The notes: generated from the letters alone by a model not told the origin. Counted from the first letter of the stretch, positions 9,839-19,209 are shown. The stretch is 64,000 nucleotides of DNA from Candidatus Multivoradales bacterium (GCA_965223855.1 CBDCXM010000009.1:576001-640000); one strand, 5' to 3'. Made by a program: numbers and translations.

Positions 9839-9965
9839 GGAGCCCCAGCCTTGCGGAGGGTTCCGGCCGCAGGGTGTCGGTGCCCTCGTTCTAGGAGGTC
9901 CGCGCTTCAGATTCCCCTGGGGCGACATCCCTGCGGGGGAACCCTTCGCACGGCGCAGGGGCTCC
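9839..9965 (-). repeat. Structured repeat copy 3 (inverted orientation)
   Basis: TGCGGAGGGTTCC / GGAACCCTTCGCA arms enclose CAGGGTGTCGGTGCCCTCGTTCT...GGGGCGACATCCCTG, the reverse complement of the core. Confidence 0.75.
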
Positions 9966-10064
9966 GGGTGTATCCGCGCACACCGTCGCTGAGACCCTCT
10001 GGATCTTCCAAGCCGACTTCACTAGGTCCCTCCACCTCGGAGACCCACCGTCGCCGCCCCGGTA

Positions 10065-10190
10065 GGCGGGCGGCCCGAGCGCAGATCCCGTCAGGCAGGG
10101 CATCAGATGCCTCGTTCGAGCAGAACCGCAGGACACATACCCCTGGGGCGACGTCCCTGCAGACGGGAACTGCGATCGGGCCGGCCCGCC
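10065..10190 (-). repeat. Structured repeat copy 4 (inverted orientation)
   Basis: GGCGGGCGGCCCGAGCGCAGATCCCGTC / GACGGGAACTGCGATCGGGCCGGCCCGCC arms enclose CAGGGCATCAGATGCCTCGTTCGAGC...GGGGCGACGTCCCTG. Confidence 0.8.
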
Positions 10191-10266
10191 GGCAGTCAAA
10201 GAAGGCCGTCAGACTTCCAGTGCGGATTGAGCGGTCGGATCCGAGCCGCCGGCAACCACCAGGGAG

Positions 10267-11211
10267 TCAGGTCTTGCAGGAAACCCCGTACACATGGCAA
10301 GTCCAGCAGGCCGGATGTGCCAGCGGGAAGGGGTTGAGGGTGTCCTTGAGCGTCTCCCCCATCTTGCCGCTCGGCTCGTTGACGAGGATCGGGCAGACCC
10401 ACACTCCCTGGTCGGTGACCATGCGGCAGTTGGAGCACTGGAGGTGGTCCCAGTCACCGTCCGGGGCGTCGCCTTCGCGCAGCACCTGCCAGCTCTCGTA
10501 GGCGGCGGAGCGCTCCGCTTCGGCGCCGATCCGGAACACCGGGAGGATCTTGAGCCGCGGGCGTTCGACGCCGAGCTCGCGCAGCAGCTCGAAGAAGCGC
10601 TCCTTGCCGGCGGCCGAACCGTTGGCGTCGTGGACCTCGGTGACGGTGATCACCGGGTTGATCCCGGCGGCGGCGAGGTTCGAGATCCCCTCGAGGATAC
10701 GGACGAAGGTCCCTTCGCCGCGGATCGGATCGTTGGACTCCGCATCGTAGCCGTCCATCGACACACGGAAGTCGAGCGAGTAGTCGGCTCCGGTGGCGAG
10801 CTCGGCCAGCCGCTCGCAGCGCGCCGGATCGAGCAGCAAACCGTTGGTCAGCACGTTGGCCGGACCGAAGTCCAGGGTGCGCGCGAGGATCGCCTCCATC
10901 TCCGGGTTGAGGAACGGCTCGCCGCCGGTGAAGTAGAACTCCCGCACCCCGAGCTCGGCCGCCTCGAGCAGGTAGGGCTCGATCTCCTCGAGCGTCATCC
11001 CCTCGTGGGTGTGATTGGTCGGCGACGACGAGACGAAGCAGTGGGTGCAGGCGAGGTTGCAGACCGTGCCGGCGACCTGGAACCACAGGGTGTCGAGGGA
11101 GCGCAGGGCGGCGACCGGCACGGCGCCGGGGCGCGGCTGCGGACTCACGGTCGCCGGGGTCGTCCCCTCCTTTTCAGTCACCGCGTTCTCAGCCATGGTG
11201 TTCTCAGCCAT
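10267..11211 (-). CDS. Radical SAM protein, ArsS (arsenosugar biosynthesis)-like
   Basis: LDTLWFQV...CNLACTHC.V.SSP, FTGGEPFLNP, LTNG, DPIRGEGTF; C-terminal Cys cluster ending in CWTC...GVSC. Last gene of the operon that carries the ArsM-like gene. Confidence 0.8.
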   Translation of the reverse strand: MAENTMAENAVTEKEGTTPATVSPQPRPGAVPVAALRSLDTLWFQVAGTVCNLACTHCFVSSSPTNHTHEGMTLEEIEPYLLEAAELGVREFYFTGGEPFLNPEMEAILARTLDFGPANVLTNGLLLDPARCERLAELATGADYSLDFRVSMDGYDAESNDPIRGEGTFVRILEGISNLAAAGINPVITVTEVHDANGSAAGKERFFELLRELGVERPRLKILPVFRIGAEAERSAAYESWQVLREGDAPDGDWDHLQCSNCRMVTDQGVWVCPILVNEPSGKMGETLKDTLNPFPLAHPACWTCHVYGVSCKT

Positions 11212-12010
11212 CGGTGCCTCCCACGTCGAGATAGTCGATCACTTCCGGGGTCTTGGGGTTGTCGAACAGCTCTCCGCAGCAGCCCACCTCGAGCACGCGA
11301 CCGACCCCGTCACGTCGGCAGACGCAGGCGACGTTGTCGGCCAGGCGCCGCGCCTGTGCGAGGTCGTGGGTGACGAGGACCACGGTGTGGTCGCGGGCGA
11401 GGTCGGCGGCGAGACGTTCGATGGCGGCGGTCGCCTTCGGGTCGAGAGCGCTCGTCGGCTCGTCCATCAGGATCACCTCGGGCCTCAGCGCCAGGGCGCG
11501 GGCGAGGCACAGTCGCTGTTGCTGGCCGACCGAGAGTTCGACCGCCGGGCGATCGAGCCGGTCGGCGACCTCGTCCCACAGCGCCGAGCCGTCGAGCGCC
11601 TCGCGCAGCCGCTCCTCGAGGCCGTCGCGGCTCAGCCGCTCGACCTGGCGGACGCCGAAGAGGACGTTGCGGCGGATCGACGCCGGGAAGACCACCGGCT
11701 GCTGGAAGAGCATGCCGATGCGGCTGCGGAGGCGGTCGGCATCGACGGCGGCGCCGTAGATCGGTCGGCCGCGAAACAGCACCTCGCCCGTCACTTCGAG
11801 CGGCGGCGACTCGAGCTCGAGGAGCCGGTTGAACGCCTTGAGGAGCGTGCTCTTGCCGGCGCCCGACGGTCCGATGACGGCGAAGATGCCGCGCTCGGGG
11901 ATCGCGAGATCGACCGCGTCGAGGATCGCCTGCTCACCGCTCGCCACGCGCAGGTTGCGGGCGGTGAGGATCGGCTCCGGGGGTGCCGGCATCGACAGGA
12001 CGTCAGCCAT
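11204..12010 (-). CDS. pstB: Phosphate-type ABC transporter ATP-binding protein (PstB-like)
   Basis: GPSGAGKSTLL..FNRL, IGMLFQQP..FP.SI..NV.FG, LSVGQQQRLCLARALA, LMDEPTSALDP. Confidence 0.85.
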   Translation of the reverse strand: MADVLSMPAPPEPILTARNLRVASGEQAILDAVDLAIPERGIFAVIGPSGAGKSTLLKAFNRLLELESPPLEVTGEVLFRGRPIYGAAVDADRLRSRIGMLFQQPVVFPASIRRNVLFGVRQVERLSRDGLEERLREALDGSALWDEVADRLDRPAVELSVGQQQRLCLARALALRPEVILMDEPTSALDPKATAAIERLAADLARDHTVVLVTHDLAQARRLADNVACVCRRDGVGRVLEVGCCGELFDNPKTPEVIDYLDVGGTDG

Positions 12011-12854
12011 GTCGCGCCTCCTCCGCGGCTCTGAGGCGCAGCGGCAGCGCCGCGAGACTCAGACCCAGCACCAGCGCCAGCAGCACGAAGGCGGCCGCCC
12101 ACAGGTGGCTCGACGCCGCCGGGTCGAACGAGTCCTGGGCGAGCGTGAACACATGGTAGGGCAGCGCCAGGACCGGGCTCTCGACGACCCCGCGGGGGAG
12201 CGTCACGCCCGAGAAGACCGCGGCGGTGAAGAGGATCGGCGCCGTCTCGCCGGCGGCACGGGCGAGCCCCAGGAGCGCCCCCGACGCCCCGCCGGCCCAG
12301 CATTGCGGCAGCACCACGGTCGTAGCGACCTGTGCGCGGCTCAGCCCGAGCGCCGAAGCGGCCGAGAGATAGCGGGTCGGCAACGCCTCGATTCTCTCGA
12401 CGAGGGCGACGGCGATCGTCGGCACGATCATCCAGCCGAGCACGATGCCCCCACCGAGCCACGACTTGCCCCAGCCGAAGAACTTGACGAACACGATCAG
12501 GCCGAGGATTCCGAACAGGATCGACGGCACCGCGTGGACGGCGTAGAGGATCCGCTTCATCGTGCGGCCGGTCCGCGCGCCGACCCACAGCGTCTCGATG
12601 AGCGACCAGCCCAGCGCGAGCGGCGCCGCCACGGCCAGCGCCGTGGTCACCAGGAGCAGCGTGCCGAGAAGCTGGTATCGCACCCCGCCGCTGCCGATCC
12701 GTTCGCCGGCGGCGGCGGTGACGAACTCGCCGCCCAGGCTCGGCAGGCCGCGCACCAGGATCACAGCGACGATGCCGACGAGTAGCGCGCAGGCGGCAAC
12801 CGCGCAGGCGGCGGCTGAGACCTTCAGGCCGCGATCGAGCGCCCTACGCACCAC
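12003..12854 (-). CDS. pstA: Phosphate-type ABC transporter permease (PstA-like)
   Basis: VPSILFGILG, ASALG, GLARAAGETAPILFTAA. Confidence 0.85.
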   Translation of the reverse strand: MVRRALDRGLKVSAAACAVAACALLVGIVAVILVRGLPSLGGEFVTAAAGERIGSGGVRYQLLGTLLLVTTALAVAAPLALGWSLIETLWVGARTGRTMKRILYAVHAVPSILFGILGLIVFVKFFGWGKSWLGGGIVLGWMIVPTIAVALVERIEALPTRYLSAASALGLSRAQVATTVVLPQCWAGGASGALLGLARAAGETAPILFTAAVFSGVTLPRGVVESPVLALPYHVFTLAQDSFDPAASSHLWAAAFVLLALVLGLSLAALPLRLRAAEEARHG

Positions 12855-13728
12855 GCATCTCCCGGCGATCCGGCAGCCAACGGCCGGCGATCAGGGTGAG
12901 CGCCATCACCAGCGACAGCAGGACCAGCCCGAGGCCGACGATCGCTCCCCAGTGAAGCGGGTCGCCGTAGGCGAGGAAGGTCTCGGACGAGCCGAGCTTG
13001 CTGGTGAGCGTCTGCCCAGGCTCGAGCCAGGCGCGGAAGCCGAGCAACGCCTGGTTGTCCATCCGCCCGACGACCAGGAAGACGGCGATCGTCTCCCCCA
13101 TCGCGCGGCCGAGGCCGAGCAGCAGCGCGGCACCGAGCCCGGGGGCGGCCTGCGGCAAGGCGACCTTGACGACCGACTCCGCCTTCGTCGCTCCGAGCGC
13201 CCGGGCGGCGCGGCGCTGAGAGCCCGGCACGCCACGCAGCGCGTCGTCGGCGAGCGTCATCACCGTCGGCAGGATCATCACCGCCAGCAGCACGCCGGCG
13301 GTCAGCAGGGTGTCGCCCGAGAGCGGCTCGAACGGTTCGAGCAGGCGGTAGATCCAGTCGCGCAGCAGCAGCACCCCGAGGAGACCGAACACGACCGATG
13401 GGACCCCGGCGAGGAGCTCGATCGGCACCTTGACCCACCAGCGCCTGCGGTCGCTCATGTACTCCGCGGTCCAGATCGCCGCGCCGAGCGCCAGCGGCGC
13501 CGCCAGCACGAGCGCGATCGCCGACACGACGACCGAACCGTAGACCATCGGCAACACCCCGAACTCCTGCGCCCGGTAGTGCCAGGTCTTGCCCGTGAGG
13601 TAGCCGAGCCCCTCGTGCTGCCACACCGGCACGCTCTGGGCGACGAACGAGCCGAGGAGGGTGACGACGAAGGCGAGCGTCAGCGCCGTCGCGACCCAGC
13701 TCGCGGGACGGATCCAGCCGGCGTTCAT
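12844..13728 (-). CDS. pstC: Phosphate-type ABC transporter permease (PstC-like)
   Basis: FGVLPMVYGS, IELLAGVPSVVFG, MILPT, ALGATK.E, GRAMGETIAV. Confidence 0.87.
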   Translation of the reverse strand: MNAGWIRPASWVATALTLAFVVTLLGSFVAQSVPVWQHEGLGYLTGKTWHYRAQEFGVLPMVYGSVVVSAIALVLAAPLALGAAIWTAEYMSDRRRWWVKVPIELLAGVPSVVFGLLGVLLLRDWIYRLLEPFEPLSGDTLLTAGVLLAVMILPTVMTLADDALRGVPGSQRRAARALGATKAESVVKVALPQAAPGLGAALLLGLGRAMGETIAVFLVVGRMDNQALLGFRAWLEPGQTLTSKLGSSETFLAYGDPLHWGAIVGLGLVLLSLVMALTLIAGRWLPDRREMRGA

Positions 13729-13762
13729 GGCCGGTCGGCGATCCCGTGGAGCGGCACGGACG

Positions 13763-14620
13763 TCATGGAGAACTCGTCGCCTCCGAGGATTGCGGCGGCA
13801 GCGGCAGGAAGCCGTGCCGGCCGACCAGCTCCTGGCCGCGCGCGTCGAGGATGAGATCGATCAGCCGCCGAGCTGCCCCATCGGGCGGACCGTCGGTCAT
13901 CACGTTGAGCGGCCTGGCAAGCGGATAACGGCCGCTGAGCACGTTGTCGCTCGTCGGTCGCACCTCTTCCTCGCCCGGCTCGCACAGCCCGAGGGCGAAG
14001 GTCCTCTCTCCGTCGGCCCAGGCGGCGGAGAGCTGCGTGACGGCGCCGCGGGTGGAGGCGACCTTGGTGCGCGCCTCCTCGTTCGAACCGACCTCCGGCA
14101 GACTCACCAGCGGCGCGGCGTCGCCGTCGCCGTAGAGCCAGTCGGCGAACACCTCCCATGTGCCGCGCCCGGGCTCCTTGTTGAAGAACACCACGCGGCG
14201 ATCGGGGCCGCCGACCTCGGTCCAGCGCGCGGTCTCGCCCTCGTAGAGGGAGCGCACCTGGGCACGTGAGAGACAGCGCACTCCGGCCTGCCAGACATCC
14301 GCCGACACGACCAGCGCAAGTGCATCCGAGCCGAGGGTCGTCACCCGGAAGTCGACGTGCGGGAAACGCTCACGGTCGCCCGCGGTGAGCGGCCGCGACA
14401 CCATCGCCAGGTCGGCGCGCCCGTCGGCCAGCGCCGCGATACCTCCGGAGCTGCCGCCCGCCGTATCGACGTGGATCTCGAGCCCCTCCTCGGCGCGCAG
14501 GATGGCCGCCGCCTCGCTGACCACCGGATTGACGGTCGTCGAGCCGTTGATGCGCAACGCCGCCGAAGCCGGCAGCGCCAGCAGCACGACCGCGACCCAG
14601 GCGACGCCCCTCAGCAACAT
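13763..14620 (-). CDS. pstS: Phosphate-type ABC transporter substrate-binding protein (PstS-like)
   Basis: Signal peptide followed by LRINGSTTV.P, GGSSGGI, D.AMVSRPL, GTWE.F, YPLARPL. Confidence 0.82.
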   Translation of the reverse strand: MLLRGVAWVAVVLLALPASAALRINGSTTVNPVVSEAAAILRAEEGLEIHVDTAGGSSGGIAALADGRADLAMVSRPLTAGDRERFPHVDFRVTTLGSDALALVVSADVWQAGVRCLSRAQVRSLYEGETARWTEVGGPDRRVVFFNKEPGRGTWEVFADWLYGDGDAAPLVSLPEVGSNEEARTKVASTRGAVTQLSAAWADGERTFALGLCEPGEEEVRPTSDNVLSGRYPLARPLNVMTDGPPDGAARRLIDLILDARGQELVGRHGFLPLPPQSSEATSSP

Positions 14621-15768
14621 CCGTCCGGGCCGCAACAGTCGGCGGCCGCCTCGACGGTGGCGTCGTAGTCCTCGCCCTTGGTCTCGCGCGGATGGCGGAG
14701 CACCGTCCGGGAGCAATCGAACGGCTCGGCACCTTCGAGCGGGATCTCCTCCAGCGGATCGACGAAGTCGAACTGCCCCGTGTAGGGCTCCTGGCGGTAG
14801 AGCTCATAGGTCTTGTCGCACACCGCGTAGCGGTAGCCACGCTGCATCCGATGGCCGTCGTCGTCGAGCACCTCCTTGAAGGGGCCGCGGTAGACCACCG
14901 CCTGCTTGCGCTCCCAGCACGCCCCCTCCTTGCCCTTGAACGCCTCGACGGTAAGCGAGCGGAACTCGATCCCCTCCACCGTCTGCCACGGCTCGACCTG
15001 GCGCTCGAGCACCCGGATGCCGTGAAAGCCGGCGCGCTCGAACGCCTCGAGGAAGCCGCTCTCGGTGAGCGCCCCGGAGATGCAGCCGCTCCACAACTCC
15101 GGATCCTGCTGCAGCTCGAGCGGCACTTCCTCGTCGCTCACGATGTCGGAGATCACCGCCCGGCCGCCGCGGCGCAGCACCCGGTAGATCTCTTCGAACA
15201 TCTGCTCCTTGAGGTCGCTGTCGACGAGGTTGAGGACACAATTCGAAACCACGACGTCGACCGAATCGGAGGCGATCATCGGCTCGCTGGTCCGCAGCCG
15301 GGCCGCGACCTCCTCCAGCTGGATCAGCCGCTCGACGCTGTCGACCGGCTGCTTCGCGAGCTCCGCTTCCAACCGGTCGAGATCGAGCGCCAGATCCTGA
15401 ATCCGGCCACGCCGGAACTCGACGTTCGAGAACCCCGTCTTCTCCGCCACCACCGGCTCGTTGCGGCGCGCGACGTCGAGCATGTCCGGGGTCATGTCGA
15501 CGCCGATCACCCTCCCCTCGGCACCCACCACCTGAGAGGCGATGAAGCAGATCTTGCCGGTGCCGCTGCCGAGATCGAGCACGGTCTCGCCGGGCTTGAG
15601 GTGCTTCGACGGATCGCCGCAGCCGTAGTCGCGCTCGATCACCTCGCTGGGGATCACCTCGAGGTACTGCGGGTCGTAGTCGACCGGGCAGCACAGCTCC
15701 GGCACCTGGGCGCGAGCCCCCTCGCTGTAGCGCTCGCGGACGTTCTTCTCTACATTGGCAACGGACAT
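14611..15768 (-). CDS. SAM-dependent methyltransferase, arsenite methyltransferase (ArsM)-like
   Basis: RYS.GA...LCCPVDY, YGCGDP, VLDLGSGTG, VIGVDMT..ML, DVVVSNCVLNL, WSGCISGA, C-terminal CCGPDGCC. Confidence 0.82.
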   Translation of the reverse strand: MSVANVEKNVRERYSEGARAQVPELCCPVDYDPQYLEVIPSEVIERDYGCGDPSKHLKPGETVLDLGSGTGKICFIASQVVGAEGRVIGVDMTPDMLDVARRNEPVVAEKTGFSNVEFRRGRIQDLALDLDRLEAELAKQPVDSVERLIQLEEVAARLRTSEPMIASDSVDVVVSNCVLNLVDSDLKEQMFEEIYRVLRRGGRAVISDIVSDEEVPLELQQDPELWSGCISGALTESGFLEAFERAGFHGIRVLERQVEPWQTVEGIEFRSLTVEAFKGKEGACWERKQAVVYRGPFKEVLDDDGHRMQRGYRYAVCDKTYELYRQEPYTGQFDFVDPLEEIPLEGAEPFDCSRTVLRHPRETKGEDYDATVEAAADCCGPDGCC

Positions 15769-15912
15769 CGCTCTCTCCTTCTCGGCACCACTCCACTCTG
15801 GCTTCACGCGAGTCGGCCTGCGGCCCGCGGAACGCTGCGGCGACCGCCCTCGCGGTCGACCGCTTTCCCGCCGGTGCGCGAGGAACGCGCTACCGGCTCT
15901 TCGCCCTGGAGG

Positions 15913-16674
15913 TCAGAGGGGAGGGGCGCGGCCCGCGGGGGCGGCAACCGCCTCGGCGGGGCGAAGCCGACGCGGCGCTCCGGCCCAGCGGGCGAGGCTC
16001 GCGAGGGTGACGCCGACGCGCGCCAGCAACCTGCGCCAGGCGCCGGTCAGCAGGCGGGCCCGTGCGCTCCACCATTCGAGATCGTTCCTCGAGTCGAGGT
16101 CGCGCAACGGCTCGAGCAGGTGGACCCGGAGGCCCGCGGTCTCGAGCGTCTCGACGAGCGAGCGGAGGGTCGCGGTGGAGCGCCAACGCACCCGGTCGAG
16201 CAACGCCGCCACCGGCCGCGCGGCCGCCAGCAGGTAGATCCCGCCGTCGGTCGACGGCCCGACGACCACGGAGTCGGGTCGGGTAGTGACCCGCTGCAGT
16301 GCCGCGGCCACCGTCTGGCGGCCGATGCCGGGCGTATCCGTGCCGACCACCACCAGCGGTGCCGACCCCTCCGCCTCGACGGTCGCCACGGCGGCGACCA
16401 GGCGCTCGCGGAAACTGTCGCCCGCCTGCGTCACGAAGGTCGCGTCGGCGACCCGTGAGGCGCTGCGCGGTGCCGCCATCACGAGGCGGCAGCCGTTCGC
16501 TCGCCCCGCCTCGAGGACCGCCGCCAGCCCCTGTTCGTGGACCGCGCGCTCGATCGCTGCGCCCCGCGCGCCGAGCCAGCCGCGACGGGCCTGTTCGCGG
16601 CCCGGCCCGAGCGTGAAAACGACGAGGGCGGGCGCGTCGGGGCGGGCGGCGGTGCTGGGGCGGTTCAGGGGCAC
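15913..16674 (-). CDS. DUF2064/CofC-like glycosyltransferase family protein
   Basis: Q.GDSF.ERL..A, VVVGTDTP, VVGPSTDGGIYLL, V.W, L.DLD...DL. Confidence 0.75.
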   Translation of the reverse strand: MPLNRPSTAARPDAPALVVFTLGPGREQARRGWLGARGAAIERAVHEQGLAAVLEAGRANGCRLVMAAPRSASRVADATFVTQAGDSFRERLVAAVATVEAEGSAPLVVVGTDTPGIGRQTVAAALQRVTTRPDSVVVGPSTDGGIYLLAAARPVAALLDRVRWRSTATLRSLVETLETAGLRVHLLEPLRDLDSRNDLEWWSARARLLTGAWRRLLARVGVTLASLARWAGAPRRLRPAEAVAAPAGRAPPL

Positions 16675-16798
16675 ACAGTTCCTACGAGACCGAAACGGCA
16701 ACGGTTTTCCCGTTGGAGTCTACCCGTTGGGGGATCCTTCGCCTCGGCCCTTCGCATCGACTCAGATGCAGCGGCGGTCGGGCTATCATCGGCCTCCC

Positions 16799-17185
16799 TT
16801 GATCCGCTTCCTCTTCCTCACGATCCCGCTCGCGACCCTGCTGCTGGGCGGTGCAGCGCTCGGCTTCGATCTGCTCGACGGCGGCGAGTTCGGACCGCGT
16901 CTCGACGGAAAGACGGTGGCGGGCGGCTGGCTCCTCGAAGCGACCGCTCTGGCGGCCCTCTTTCTGCTGGTCCAGGGCCGGGGCGGCAGCTGGTGGCTCG
17001 ACGGACTGCTCGCCGCCTGGCTCGGCTGGATCTTCCGCGGCCCGGTGATGGTGCTGGTGGTGGTCGAGCAGCTCGGCGGCGGCCGCGACCCGTGGTGGAC
17101 GATGGCGCTCCAGTCGCTGCTCGTCTACTCGCTGGTCGGCTTCCTGATGGCGCTCGTGGCGCGGAAGCTCGGGGTCCGGCGGTGA
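16799..17185 (+). CDS. Hypothetical membrane protein
   Basis: About four hydrophobic segments; stop overlaps the PKS start (GTGA); start codon uncertain. Confidence 0.6.
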   Translation: MIRFLFLTIPLATLLLGGAALGFDLLDGGEFGPRLDGKTVAGGWLLEATALAALFLLVQGRGGSWWLDGLLAAWLGWIFRGPVMVLVVVEQLGGGRDPWWTMALQSLLVYSLVGFLMALVARKLGVRR

Positions 17186-18243
17186 GGATCGCGGGGCTCG
17201 GGCACGCGTTCCCGCCCCATTTCTACGATCAGCAGCAACTCATCGCCGCCGCCGAGGCGCAGTGGGGCTCCGACTTCCACAACCCGGAGCGGATCCGCCG
17301 ACTGTTCTCGAACGTCGCCGTCGGCGGCCGCCATCTGGCGCTGCCGCTCGAGCGCTATGCCGACCTCGGCTCGTTCGGGGCCGCCAATGACGCCTGGATC
17401 GAGGTCGGCACGGCGATCGGCGCCGAGGCGCTCGAGGCGGCCCTCGACGACGCCGGGCTGACGGCGGAGACGCTCGAGGCGCTCGTCACCGTCTCCGTCA
17501 CCGGGCTCGCTACGCCGTCGCTCGACGCCCGGTTGATGAACGTGATGCCGCTTGCGCCGACCCTCAAGCGGACGCCGATCTTCGGCCTCGGCTGCGTCGC
17601 CGGGGCCGCCGGCCTGGCGCGCGCGGCAGACTACCTGCGTGGGCACCCCGGCGCGGCGGTCGCGCTGTTGTCGGTCGAGCTGTGCTCGCTCACGCTGCAG
17701 CGCGAGGACCTGTCGATCGCCAACCTGATCGCCTCGGGGCTCTTCGGCGACGGCGCCGCGGCGGCCGTCCTCGTCGGCGCGGAGCATCCCGCCGTCCACC
17801 ATGCGGCGGGGCCGCGGATCGTCGATACCCGCGCCTCCTTCTATCGAGACACCGAGGACGTGATGGGTTGGACGATCTCCGAGCGCGGCTTCCAGATCGT
17901 ACTGTCGGCCGAGGTACCGGAGATGGTGGAGCGCCACCTGAGGGCCGACGTCGATGCCTTCCTCGCCGACCACGGTCTCGAGCCTGGCGACATCGGCTGC
18001 TGGACCGCGCACACAGGAGGGCCACGCGTGCTCGAAGCGATGGAATCCGCGCTCGAGCTCCCGGCGGGTGCCCTCGACGCGAGCTGGCGCTCGCTGCGCG
18101 AGGTCGGCAACCTGTCGTCGACCTCCGTCTTGCTGGTGCTGGAGGAGACGGTCCGCGAAGATCGCCCCGAACCGGGCACGCCGGGGCTGCTGATGGCGAT
18201 GGGCCCCGGGTTCTGCTCCGAGCTGGTACTGCTCGAGTGGTGA
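17182..18243 (+). CDS. Type III polyketide synthase (alkylresorcinol/alkylpyrone type)
   Basis: Catalytic triad motifs FGLGCVAGA, AHTGGPRVL, GNLSS; also VELCSL, LFGDGAAA, MGPGFCSE. Confidence 0.92.
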   Translation: MRIAGLGHAFPPHFYDQQQLIAAAEAQWGSDFHNPERIRRLFSNVAVGGRHLALPLERYADLGSFGAANDAWIEVGTAIGAEALEAALDDAGLTAETLEALVTVSVTGLATPSLDARLMNVMPLAPTLKRTPIFGLGCVAGAAGLARAADYLRGHPGAAVALLSVELCSLTLQREDLSIANLIASGLFGDGAAAAVLVGAEHPAVHHAAGPRIVDTRASFYRDTEDVMGWTISERGFQIVLSAEVPEMVERHLRADVDAFLADHGLEPGDIGCWTAHTGGPRVLEAMESALELPAGALDASWRSLREVGNLSSTSVLLVLEETVREDRPEPGTPGLLMAMGPGFCSELVLLEW

Positions 18244-18321
18244 CCTGGGGACGAGGACGGCGACGGAAGGACCGATGAGCGTTCGCCGTACGCTTCTCGA
18301 GCCACTCTCGAAGGCCTCTCC

Positions 18322-19209
18322 ATGACCACCGACCCGACGTCCCCGGAACTGCGCCGCCTGGTCGCCTGCCCCGGCTGCGCGTTGCAGTACGACGCCACCG
18401 GCCACGAGCCGCCGGGGCGCTTCCGCTGCGCCTGTGGGGAGGTGGTCGTGGTCGAAGCCGGCGTCCCGGCCGAGGCGGCAGTGGTGCGCTGCTCCGCTTG
18501 TGGCGCTCCACGCCGCCACGCGGCGCCGGCCTGCGAGCACTGCGGCGCCGACTTCACCCTTCACGAGCGCGACCTCCACACGCTGTGTCCGGGTTGCGTC
18601 ACCCGTATCAGCGACCGCGCACGCCACTGCCACGCCTGCGGCATCGCGATCGTGCCGCAGGGCCGCGTCGGCGCGCTGACCGATCGACCGTGTCCGGTGT
18701 GCGGAGAGTCGCATCGTCTCTACAGCCGCAACGTCGAGGGGCAGATCACGGTGCTCGAGTGCGACCACTGCGCCGGTCTGTGGCTCGGCCACCGCATCTT
18801 CGAGCTGCTCGAGACGGCCTCGGAACGAGCGCTCGAGCCGCTGGGAGAGGTCGAGGCCGCGCCGGTGACGGACGTGGCCGCCCTCGACGGCACCAGCTTC
18901 TACCGCGCCTGCCCGCAATGCTCGAAGCTCATGCATCGTCGCAACTACGGGCGCAAGAGCGGGGTGATCGTCGACGTCTGTCAGCAGGACGGCATCTGGT
19001 TCGATCGTGGCGAGCTCGACCGCATCCTCGCCTGGCGGCGCGACGGCGGTGCGCTGCGGGCCGAGCGCCTCGCTGCCGAGACACCTCCGGCCCGCGACGC
19101 CGGAGCCGCCACGCCGACGCTGCCCGACCTGATGGGCGACGGCGACCACCCGGCTCTCGACTTCATCGAGATGCTGCTCGACGCGCTGCTCGGCTTTCTC
19201 CGGCGCTAG
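18322..19209 (+). CDS. Multi zinc-ribbon protein with zf-TFIIB-like C-terminal domains
   Basis: Many CxxC pairs; 'LEC..C.GLWL' and 'VDVC...GIWFDRGELD' motifs. Confidence 0.75.
   Translation: MTTDPTSPELRRLVACPGCALQYDATGHEPPGRFRCACGEVVVVEAGVPAEAAVVRCSACGAPRRHAAPACEHCGADFTLHERDLHTLCPGCVTRISDRARHCHACGIAIVPQGRVGALTDRPCPVCGESHRLYSRNVEGQITVLECDHCAGLWLGHRIFELLETASERALEPLGEVEAAPVTDVAALDGTSFYRACPQCSKLMHRRNYGRKSGVIVDVCQQDGIWFDRGELDRILAWRRDGGALRAERLAAETPPARDAGAATPTLPDLMGDGDHPALDFIEMLLDALLGFLRR

Noticed and set aside
9397-10190. CRISPR array or hammerhead ribozyme interpretation of the intergenic repeats
   Set aside because: Units are degenerate, occur in both orientations and are spaced over 200 nt apart with no cas genes; CTGATG is not followed by the hammerhead A...GAAA core.
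9255-10501. Several ORF-track ORFs across the repeat region (e.g. 9359-9784, 9851-10501)
   Set aside because: No recognisable motifs or RBS; low-complexity translations overlapping the hairpins.
11184-11211. Short tandem duplication at the radical SAM start (MAENT-MAENA)
   Set aside because: A 15-nt-period local duplication that only makes the start codon ambiguous; no evidence of function.
11204-14620. Calling this the housekeeping Pho-regulon pst operon
   Set aside because: No phoU/phoBR nearby and it is translationally coupled to ArsM-like and radical SAM genes; gene symbols are kept only as family labels.
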